DNA from: an uncultured virus (IMG/VR IMGVR_UViG_3300044641_009318)
Lineage: Duplodnaviria > Heunggongvirae > Uroviricota > Caudoviricetes
IMG/VR virus record: IMGVR_UViG_3300044641_009318
Strand: one strand, 5' to 3'
Length of the DNA stretch: 64,000 nucleotides
In this document: piece by piece, positions 21,373 through 29,029 of the stretch
Position numbering within the stretch: the stretch's first letter is position 1
Layout: the number at the start of each line of letters is the position of its first letter
Translations under genes and position numbers: made by a program
The notes under the pieces: model-generated
What the model was told of the DNA's origin: nothing
The model's database searches: none
Seen by the model: the letters and a program-made list of their open reading frames with translations, nothing else

Positions 21373-22001
21373 TGGGAAAACCTTATTTTGAGCAACGGCT
21401 CACGTACACATCTGACGGTCGTCTTATGGACGAGAATGGAAACGCTATCATGATGGAGTGGGAGAGACCCATCATGGAGAAAAGTGCGGAGATTGTCTGC
21501 CGAAATAAGGGAAGAGTTCTGAACGTTGGGTTTGGGATGGGTTTGATTGATTCGTTTATTCAAACTCATGGTGTCGATGAACATTGGATTATCGAACCTC
21601 ATCTTGATGTCTTCACCAAAATGATGGACGACGGATGGCACCTCAAACCCAACGTCAGGATTCTACATGGAGACTGGCAGTGGTTCATGAAATACCTCCC
21701 TAAGTTTGATGGGATTTACATCGACACTTGGGCTGAGGAGATTTGGGATTTCCAACGAAACGTTCCAAACATGCTTAAACCCGATGGCATCTTTTCTTTC
21801 TTCAATAACCCAAGAGGTGATGAGAATGGAATTCATATGACCAAAACTGAGTTTGACATTCTAACTCCGATTTGTAATATTGAATATGAAACCATGGAAA
21901 TTCCTTCTATTGATGGACCTGAGCGTCAAACAACCAACGGAGGTTTCTATTGGCATTCTGAATGGAGAACTTATTATTGTCCAATTCTAACACTAAAATA
22001 A
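21372..22001 (+). CDS. class I SAM-dependent methyltransferase, Rmt2/guanidinoacetate N-methyltransferase-like
   Basis: IMMEWERPIM, VLNVGFGMGLID, HWIIEPH, FDGIYIDT, FSFFN. Confidence 0.8.
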   Translation: MGKPYFEQRLTYTSDGRLMDENGNAIMMEWERPIMEKSAEIVCRNKGRVLNVGFGMGLIDSFIQTHGVDEHWIIEPHLDVFTKMMDDGWHLKPNVRILHGDWQWFMKYLPKFDGIYIDTWAEEIWDFQRNVPNMLKPDGIFSFFNNPRGDENGIHMTKTEFDILTPICNIEYETMEIPSIDGPERQTTNGGFYWHSEWRTYYCPILTLK

Positions 22002-22002
22002 A

Positions 22003-22239
22003 ATGTCAGAACCTACATCTACTTACGAGTTCGTAAATCACCCTAATCATTATGGCGGAGAAACAAACACATATGAAGTCATCAAAATTATCGAAGCTTT
22101 GGAGATGGATTTTCATCTCGGTAATACTTTTAAGTACATCGCTAGGGCTGGTAAAAAAGAAACAGACAGAGAAATCCAAGACCTAAAGAAAGCCCTTTGG
22201 TACTTGGAAAGAAAAATTCAACTACTTGAGAACAAATGA
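22003..22239 (+). CDS. DUF3310 family protein
   Basis: VNHPNHY...GNTFKYIARAGKK...DLKKALWYLER. Confidence 0.9.
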   Translation: MSEPTSTYEFVNHPNHYGGETNTYEVIKIIEALEMDFHLGNTFKYIARAGKKETDREIQDLKKALWYLERKIQLLENK

Positions 22240-22409
22240 TATTTTACCTATTGATGGGTATTCTTGTATCATGGTTCATGGATTGGTTGACTTTTAATAC
22301 CCCCTATCAACTCACTAACTGGGAAAGATTTCTCATGGCTCTGATTTGGCCCTTGATGTTTATCTTTGTCGTTGTGAAATTTATAAAAGAATTTATTAAT
22401 AATGAATGA
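22236..22409 (+). CDS. small membrane protein (57 aa)
   Basis: Manual translation MIFYLLMGILVSWFMDW...LMALIWPLMFIFVVVKF; fills the operon gap with overlapping start and stop. Confidence 0.6.
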   Translation: MIFYLLMGILVSWFMDWLTFNTPYQLTNWERFLMALIWPLMFIFVVVKFIKEFINNE

Positions 22410-23271
22410 AGATTATATCGGTAAAGTCGTCAATGGTGACTGTATCGAAGTTATGAAGACCATGGAAGAAGGTTCTGTGGATTTGATTGTTACCTCACCA
22501 CCCTATGGTGTTGGTATCGATTATGATGTCCACGAAGATGATATGGTTTGGGAGGAATATGTAAAATTTACATATTCGTGGATGGAACAAGCATACCGAG
22601 TCCTTAAAGACGACGGAAGGATTGCCTTGAACATCCCTTATGAGATTAACCGTCAAGCTAAGGGAGGTCGTATCTTTATGGTCTCTGAGATTTGGCAGAT
22701 TATGAAGAAAATTGGTTACAAGTTCTTCGGGGTTGTTGACTTGGAAGAAGAGTCTCCACACAGAAGTCGTACCACAGCTTGGGGGTCTTGGATGAGTCCA
22801 TCTGCCCCGTACATCTATAATCCAAAGGAATGTGTCATCTTGGCTTACAAGAAGAACCACATCAAGAAAGTTAAGGGTGAACCTGAGTGGGTTGGTGAAC
22901 TTGGGGAACGTGAGGACAAGAATGGTGTTATGAAACCAAAGACTTTCTACACTGAGGAACAAAAACGTGAGTTTATTGATTTGGTATTTGGTCAGTGGCA
23001 TTACTTTGCCGATACAAGAAGTCTTACCAAGGCAACCTTCTCAATGGATATTCCGACTAAGGCAATCAAAATCTTGACCTACAAGAATGACTTGGTGTTG
23101 GACCCATTTGCTGGCTCGGGTACCTCGATGGTTGCTGCCGAGACTCTTAATCGTCGTTGGATTGGTATTGAACTTAGTCCAAACTACTGCAAGGTTGCCA
23201 ATGAAAGGGTTGGGTTCTTTGTTCAACAGAAACGTCAACAAGTGTTGGATTTTAAAAAAGAAGAAGAATAG
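22402..23271 (+). CDS. site-specific DNA methyltransferase (N4-C/N6-A, beta class)
   Basis: DLIVTSPPY catalytic motif precedes VLDPFAGSGT SAM-binding motif. Confidence 0.9.
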   Translation: MNEDYIGKVVNGDCIEVMKTMEEGSVDLIVTSPPYGVGIDYDVHEDDMVWEEYVKFTYSWMEQAYRVLKDDGRIALNIPYEINRQAKGGRIFMVSEIWQIMKKIGYKFFGVVDLEEESPHRSRTTAWGSWMSPSAPYIYNPKECVILAYKKNHIKKVKGEPEWVGELGEREDKNGVMKPKTFYTEEQKREFIDLVFGQWHYFADTRSLTKATFSMDIPTKAIKILTYKNDLVLDPFAGSGTSMVAAETLNRRWIGIELSPNYCKVANERVGFFVQQKRQQVLDFKKEEE

Positions 23272-23351
23272 ATTGTTGAAAACTATGTCATCAAAAAATT
23301 TGACTGGTCGGTTTTTTATTTGTATTTTTACACTTTAAAACCCTTTTTACT

Positions 23352-23636
23352 ATGACAACAATTGATATTATAAATCTTCTTGGGTGGTTGACCTTGATTG
23401 CCGCGTGGGGTGTCAGGGCGTACATGGCACGTAAAGAAGATAAACTCCAAGTTCAACTCGATGAGAAAATCTCGTTGGCAAAATCCCCTGAAGAAATCCA
23501 AGAGTGCGAGAAAATGTTTATTGATATTCACACCAACCGATTCGGTGCTTTTGGTTCTTATGGAGTATCGATTCAGATTATGGCATTCGGTATCGGACTT
23601 TTCGTTTCAAACTTTATTCATTTAATTTTCAAATAA
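23352..23636 (+). CDS. membrane hypothetical protein
   Basis: Two hydrophobic segments. Confidence 0.6.
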   Translation: MTTIDIINLLGWLTLIAAWGVRAYMARKEDKLQVQLDEKISLAKSPEEIQECEKMFIDIHTNRFGAFGSYGVSIQIMAFGIGLFVSNFIHLIFK

Positions 23637-23637
23637 C

Positions 23638-24075
23638 ATGACAGTAAAACAAGCACTCAAAGAGAAAAACAAACTCGCCAAGTCGATTCAAGAGTTGGTG
23701 ACGCGTATCCAAAAGTACAACTCTGTGGAAGAAGGAGCTATTCGCTCTTACGACCCCAAGGAAGACATGGATAAACTTCAGAAGGTGGTTTCGGACTTGG
23801 CACTTCTCAAGACCCGTATCCACATGGCAAACCAAAACGTTTACCATAAAATTTTCCGTTTGTCGGAACTCAAGGGATTGGTTAAGTACCTTCGTGGTAT
23901 TGACTGTTCTGAGGGTAAGACTTCAACACATCAACGTTACGGTGAATCCGCAAGTGTGGTGAAAACTACCGTCATCACCAAAGTTGAGATGGATAACCTC
24001 GTCTCTTGGTATGAACAAGAGATTGAACGAATCCAAGATGAGTTGGACATCCACAACGGAACCACTGAAATCTAA
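23638..24075 (+). CDS. DIP1984-like coiled-coil protein
   Basis: MTVKQALKEKNKL..RIQKYNSVEEG..DP..LKTRIHMAN..IERIQDELDIHNGTTEI pattern. Confidence 0.6.
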   Translation: MTVKQALKEKNKLAKSIQELVTRIQKYNSVEEGAIRSYDPKEDMDKLQKVVSDLALLKTRIHMANQNVYHKIFRLSELKGLVKYLRGIDCSEGKTSTHQRYGESASVVKTTVITKVEMDNLVSWYEQEIERIQDELDIHNGTTEI

Positions 24076-24076
24076 A

Positions 24077-24262
24077 GTTGGTGACTGATTGGGTGGAGAA
24101 TTTCGGACTAGCAAAGTTCTACCATTAAACTACTAAAGTAAGATAAGTGATGTCGGGATTGAAAGTCAAAATTCACAAATTCACTCGGACTCAAAATTCG
24201 TTAAAGAGAGAATCAATAACCTCAAAACTCCTTTAAAATAATTCTTACCCCTTCAGCCCAAC
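24077..24262 (+). ncRNA. candidate structured ncRNA/3' element with paired 5' and 3' ends and repeated YYAAA motifs
   Basis: GTTGG/CCAAC, CTGA/TCAG, GGGT/ACCC and AGAAT/ATTCT end-to-end pairing; no ORF; ends at a terminator. Confidence 0.5.
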
Positions 24263-24263
24263 G

Positions 24264-24292
24264 CCCCCACCCTTAAAAAGGTGGGGGTTTTT
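24264..24292 (+). terminator. Rho-independent terminator (copy A)
   Basis: CCCCCACC-CTTAAAAA-GGTGGGGG-TTTTT. Confidence 0.85.
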
Positions 24293-24373
24293 AGTTTGAT
24301 TTGAAAATACACTATATGAAATGAAGATGATATTTATAGTTTGTTATAATAAAATTTTGTTGTATATTTAGGT

Positions 24374-25627
24374 ATGGATATTAAAAAACAAAGGGGTCAG
24401 TTCTTTACAACAAAAGAGAAAGTTTTAAATGTGTTGGTATCTCTAATCCAAAACAGAGGTGATGTTTTTGAACCATCTGCAGGTTCCGGGCATATTATAA
24501 ATGCGGTCGAAAAAGTTCATGACAAAAAAATTTATGCTTGTGAGTTGGATTACGAAAAAGTTGAAACAAAAGTTTGTCAATCAGAGATTACCGTGAGTAA
24601 TTTTTTTGATTACATAAAAAATAATAAAAAATACTCATCTGTCATCGGGAATCCACCATTTGTTAAGCTTAAAAATGTTGAACTTAGTACCATTGATTTA
24701 TTACCTGAAAAAATAAAAGGTAATGGAAATCTTTATTATTTGTTTATAAAATATTCTATAGAAGTCTTAGAAGACAATGGTGAAATAATATTCATTGTTC
24801 CAAAAGAGTGGTTATACAACACAAGTTCGCAATTTTTAAGGGACTATTTGAAAGTAAATGGTGATTTCACTCATTTTATTGATTGTGGAGAAGAAAAACT
24901 TTTTGACGATGCTGATGTTCCAGCCTTATGTATTTTTCGTTATCAAAGAGGGTATAATGGTAAAACAAAATATTATGACTCAATTGAAGATTTCCATTCT
25001 AACACATACAAAGATAAAAAAACAATTTATGGTAAAACGGTAAGTTTTGTGATAAATAAACGAACATCAAATAAGATATCTGATTATTTTGATGTTAAAG
25101 TTGGTCTTGTCACAGGTTCTGAGCCTGTATTCAAGTTAGATAATGATACAACTTTGGAAAATGAATGTATCATACAAATGGTCACTACGAGCAAGACTTT
25201 ACAGAATTATTTATTTTTGGATAAGTATTCATCTGTAGATAATATCCCAAAAAGAACACGTGAATATATTCTTTCAAAAAAAGAAGTTCTCTTAAAAAGA
25301 AAAATAAAAAAGTTTGGTGTTAAAAATTGGTGGCATTATGGGGCTCTGAGAAATTTAGAACTTATGAAATCCGATAGACCACGAATATATGGTTTAATGA
25401 AAACAAGAGATTTAAACCCTTTTTGGATTGGTGAGCCTAAAACGTATTTTTCGGGAGGTGTGTTTGCTTTATTCCCAAAAAATAACCTTAATCTTGATTT
25501 ACAACTAATGACCGATTATCTTAATAGTTATCAATTTAAAGAAATCCTATCTGAGGCTAATATGTATTCCAACAACAAAGTCTCATTTACACCAACCGCT
25601 TTTTCATCGTTACCTTTCGAGATATAG
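24374..25627 (+). CDS. N6-adenine DNA methyltransferase, gamma class (Eco57I/TaqI-like)
   Basis: GQFFT, FEPSAGSG, IGNPPF, NLYYLFI motifs; C-terminal TRD-like region. Confidence 0.85.
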   Translation: MDIKKQRGQFFTTKEKVLNVLVSLIQNRGDVFEPSAGSGHIINAVEKVHDKKIYACELDYEKVETKVCQSEITVSNFFDYIKNNKKYSSVIGNPPFVKLKNVELSTIDLLPEKIKGNGNLYYLFIKYSIEVLEDNGEIIFIVPKEWLYNTSSQFLRDYLKVNGDFTHFIDCGEEKLFDDADVPALCIFRYQRGYNGKTKYYDSIEDFHSNTYKDKKTIYGKTVSFVINKRTSNKISDYFDVKVGLVTGSEPVFKLDNDTTLENECIIQMVTTSKTLQNYLFLDKYSSVDNIPKRTREYILSKKEVLLKRKIKKFGVKNWWHYGALRNLELMKSDRPRIYGLMKTRDLNPFWIGEPKTYFSGGVFALFPKNNLNLDLQLMTDYLNSYQFKEILSEANMYSNNKVSFTPTAFSSLPFEI

Positions 25628-25702
25628 ATGAAAATATTTTTAGATTTATTTGGATTTAACATTCGTGTGTATTACCTTTGTTGAAAATTAATAATTTTCT
25701 TC

Positions 25703-26662
25703 ATGGAAGCTACACGAGCCGATTTAAACCGTTTATCTAAAACACTGTATAATTTATTGAAGTTTTCTTCGCAAAAAGGCAAAAAGGCTAAACTTAAGTG
25801 TCAAAGGTCCATTTTTTCAGCTCTCAATTTTTCTGAAGCCGACTTGAACATTTTAGAAAATTTTGTTTCCGATTGTACTCAAGGTAAGATATGGTCTTCA
25901 GACGAGTTTTTAAACGGAGACAAACAATACAGATACAATCTTTGGGACTATCTAACCAAACTCCAATACAAACCAATTGTTGAGTCACTTATTTTGGAAA
26001 CACCCCCAATTGGAACACCGAATGCTCACACAGGGGAATTTGAACTTATGTTATTATTGACCCTTCACAATACTGTTACTAAACCATCAAAAAATGATAT
26101 TCATCATAAAAACTACGGAACCAAAAATATCAAAGGGGGGACACCAAGACTCTACACTGATGTGAGTGGGATTGATTTGAATAGGATTATGTTGAATAAA
26201 TTTGGAGAATACGGTATGAACCCATTCGTTTTCAAATCGGTACTGTATGGTCAGTTAATGAACCAAAAGGCTATTAAACATTTTAATAGTGAAGTCGAAA
26301 GATTGAAACTCAACTCAACACAAACAAGAGACATTCTTGAAACTTGGCTTTGTCAACAATTTCCTAAAAACCTTTTCAACGATGAATATTTTGACAACAT
26401 CTTAGATGGGGTTATTGAAGATGGGAAGTTAAATTTGAAAAAGTGGGAAATTAGTAACTTAACACACATTTTCATTAATAGTTCGAACAAACATGAAAAC
26501 TTTTTGATTTTTGGGGAAGATGGTGATATATTTCATTTAACTCAAAACCCTGAGTATTTCAAGTCATTGTTGTACAAGGGGACTATTAAACCTGAAAATC
26601 AATTTTTTCGGTTGAATCAAATAGAAAAATGTGGGATGTATTTTGAGGTTTCTAACCAATAA
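25703..26662 (+). CDS. hypothetical protein, possible PD-(D/E)xK restriction endonuclease
   Basis: Follows the MTase; weak motif GEFELML..KNDI..KNIKG; TACCTTTG promoter at about 25673. Confidence 0.4.
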   Translation: MEATRADLNRLSKTLYNLLKFSSQKGKKAKLKCQRSIFSALNFSEADLNILENFVSDCTQGKIWSSDEFLNGDKQYRYNLWDYLTKLQYKPIVESLILETPPIGTPNAHTGEFELMLLLTLHNTVTKPSKNDIHHKNYGTKNIKGGTPRLYTDVSGIDLNRIMLNKFGEYGMNPFVFKSVLYGQLMNQKAIKHFNSEVERLKLNSTQTRDILETWLCQQFPKNLFNDEYFDNILDGVIEDGKLNLKKWEISNLTHIFINSSNKHENFLIFGEDGDIFHLTQNPEYFKSLLYKGTIKPENQFFRLNQIEKCGMYFEVSNQ

Positions 26663-26678
26663 AATTCAAAGATTTATT

Positions 26679-26709
26679 ACCCCACCCCTAAAAAGGTGGG
26701 GGTTTTTTT
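26679..26709 (+). terminator. Rho-independent terminator (copy B, near-identical to copy A)
   Basis: ACCCCACC-CCTAAAAA-GGTGGGGG-T7. Confidence 0.85.
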
Positions 26710-26738
26710 ATTCAGTAGATTTTTTGTATCTTTGTCGT

Positions 26739-27812
26739 ATGAACTTAGAGACTTTACACCGGTACTATGAAGATGGGTTGTTGTACAAACAAACTCACCC
26801 AACCCTTCCATTGACTATATGGAACTACACTGAAAAGGTTCAGTATGAGGGACTGTGGGACGAGGTGACTCTGCAATGTCGAGGTTTAATTACTGAAGAT
26901 ACTACCGGTACGATTTTGGTTCGCCCTTTCAATAAGTTCTTTAATTACGAGGAGGTTGTTGGAAAGGGTATGATACCTACAAAAGGTGACTATGTGTACA
27001 TCCAAGAAAAGATGGATGGGTCCTTGGGTATTCTTTTCAACTACAAAGATGAATGGATTATGGCAACTCGTGGTTCATTTACCTCTGAACAAGCCATAAA
27101 AGGTCTTGAGATTGTTAAATCTAAGTATTTCTTGGGTTCATGGGCTAAGGAATATGCTTACTTGGTAGAAATCATCTACCCTGAAAACCGTATCGTTGTT
27201 GACTACGGTGAGGAAAAGGTAACTTTTTTATCTGTGGTTTTGAATGAGAGTTGGAAATGGAAACCAACGGACGACACTGAACTACACTGGACTACCGCAA
27301 AGATGATTCTACATGCTAACGGTGTTAAAGATAATTTGGTAAAAACCGAACAACACTTCAACTTCTCTGATGAGTTATACAAGTCGTTGAAAGAAAAGAA
27401 CGAAACCAACAAAGAAGGTTTTGTTCTTAGATTCCAACCTGGCAACTTCAGGATGAAAATCAAGTTTGAAGAATATGTTCGTCTCCATAAAGTTATGACC
27501 AACCTGTCGACAACTGCGGTTTGGGAGGTATTATCCAACGGTGGTAATATGGATGACTTGTTGAAGGATGTGCCTGATGAGTTTTATTCCAAAATCAATG
27601 ACTATGAGAAATCTTTGATTATTCAGTTTAACAACTTGGAAGAGGAATACCAAAACCACTTTGATTCTATCAGAAGATTGGGTAATAGAAAGTTATTTGC
27701 TCAGTGTGCGGTCATGTTTCAACACCCATCAATATTGTTTGGTATGTTGGATGGTAAAAACATTTCTTCTATAATTTGGAAGATTATCAAGCCGGAATTT
27801 CGTAAGTTGTAA
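26739..27812 (+). CDS. T4 Rnl1-like RNA ligase
   Basis: CRGLI, RPFNKFFNY, motif I EKMDGSLGI, ATRGSF, EGFVL, RMKIKFEEY; start ATG 26739 after TATCTTTG 26727-26734. Confidence 0.9.
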   Translation: MNLETLHRYYEDGLLYKQTHPTLPLTIWNYTEKVQYEGLWDEVTLQCRGLITEDTTGTILVRPFNKFFNYEEVVGKGMIPTKGDYVYIQEKMDGSLGILFNYKDEWIMATRGSFTSEQAIKGLEIVKSKYFLGSWAKEYAYLVEIIYPENRIVVDYGEEKVTFLSVVLNESWKWKPTDDTELHWTTAKMILHANGVKDNLVKTEQHFNFSDELYKSLKEKNETNKEGFVLRFQPGNFRMKIKFEEYVRLHKVMTNLSTTAVWEVLSNGGNMDDLLKDVPDEFYSKINDYEKSLIIQFNNLEEEYQNHFDSIRRLGNRKLFAQCAVMFQHPSILFGMLDGKNISSIIWKIIKPEFRKL

Positions 27813-27833
27813 AACAATTCGTATCTTTGTTGT

Positions 27834-28481
27834 ATGAAAATCGTATTAGAAAAAGGACAGGGTCTTTTTTTCACATCAGACACTCATTATAACCACGGAA
27901 ACATTTGTCGTGCCACCACCAATTGGACGGGTGTTGACAACCTGACCCGTGATTATAAGTCCTTGAACCATATGAACGATACATTGGTGAATAGAATCAA
28001 CGAGATGGTGGGTGAGAACGATATCTTGATTCACTTGGGTGATTGGTCGTTCGGTGGATTTGAATCTATTGCTGAGTTCCGTAGTCGGATTCTTTGTAAG
28101 AACATTCACCTGACTTTCGGTAACCACGACCACCACATCCGTAGAAACAAGGGTGATATCCAAGACATCTTTTCATCTTGTCAGGACTACCTTCACTTGG
28201 ATATTCGCAAGTCCATGGGCAAAGAGGTTTTGAAATATTCTATGGTGTGTATGCACTACCCCATTGCCTCATGGGACGGAATGAACGACGGTGTTGTTCA
28301 CCTTCACGGACACGTTCACCTTCCACCCAACCTTCGTATCAACGAGGGTAGAGCCATGGATGTTGGAGTGGACGGAAATGATTTATACCCGATTTCTTTT
28401 GAGGAAATCCGTAACATTATGAAGGACCGTCCTTCCCGAAAATTAACCTTACCAAAAGACCATCACGAAAAAAGATTGTAA
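27834..28481 (+). CDS. calcineurin-like metallophosphoesterase
   Basis: FTSDTHYNH, HLGDW, GNHD, HYP, HLHGHVH, DVGVD. Confidence 0.9.
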   Translation: MKIVLEKGQGLFFTSDTHYNHGNICRATTNWTGVDNLTRDYKSLNHMNDTLVNRINEMVGENDILIHLGDWSFGGFESIAEFRSRILCKNIHLTFGNHDHHIRRNKGDIQDIFSSCQDYLHLDIRKSMGKEVLKYSMVCMHYPIASWDGMNDGVVHLHGHVHLPPNLRINEGRAMDVGVDGNDLYPISFEEIRNIMKDRPSRKLTLPKDHHEKRL

Positions 28482-28485
28482 AATT

Positions 28486-28905
28486 ATGATACCAAAAATA
28501 TTAACGTTAGTAAGAGGATTACCAGGAAGTGGTAAATCAACATTTGCAAATTTTATTTGGAATGAGTATGCAATATGTGAAGCTGATAAGTTTTTTTATG
28601 ATTCGGAAGGACATTATTTATTTGATGCAAGTAAATTAAGAGAAGCTCATAAGTGGTGTAGAGATGAGGTTGAAACTCGTATGAAGGATAATGAAGTAAA
28701 CCCACAATACTATCCTGAAATTGTAGTATCCAATACATTTACTCAAGAGTGGGAAATGGAAGAGTATTTTAAATTAGCTGAAAAGTATGGATATATGGTA
28801 TTTACCGTTGTAGTGGAAAACCGACATGGTGGAGTAAATCAACATGGAGTACCTGAAGAAAAGTTAGAGCAAATGAAAAACAGATTCGAAATCAAATTAA
28901 TTTAA
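28486..28905 (+). CDS. P-loop polynucleotide kinase-like protein (AAA_33)
   Basis: RGLPGSGKSTFA, EAD, VVSNTF, HGVPEEKLEQM. Confidence 0.85.
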   Translation: MIPKILTLVRGLPGSGKSTFANFIWNEYAICEADKFFYDSEGHYLFDASKLREAHKWCRDEVETRMKDNEVNPQYYPEIVVSNTFTQEWEMEEYFKLAEKYGYMVFTVVVENRHGGVNQHGVPEEKLEQMKNRFEIKLI

Positions 28906-28912
28906 AATTGTA

Positions 28913-28938
28913 ACCCTCACTGAAAAGTGGGGGTTTTT
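28913..28938 (+). terminator. Rho-independent terminator
   Basis: ACCCTCAC-TGAAAA-GTGGGGGT-TTTT. Confidence 0.75.
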
Positions 28939-28991
28939 GTTAATACAAAGTTAAGGTTCCGTTATGATTTTGTCATTTTAGAAAACTTAAC
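28939..28991 (+). promoter_or_regulatory. Pho-box-like array of four direct repeats with exact 11-bp spacing
   Basis: GTTAAT (28939), GTTAAG (28950), GTTATG (28961), GTCATT (28972), plus an inverted CTTAAC at about 28986. Confidence 0.6.
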
Positions 28992-29029
28992 ATTGGGTTC
29001 TTGTAGTTATCGGTGAAACTTAGAAAACC

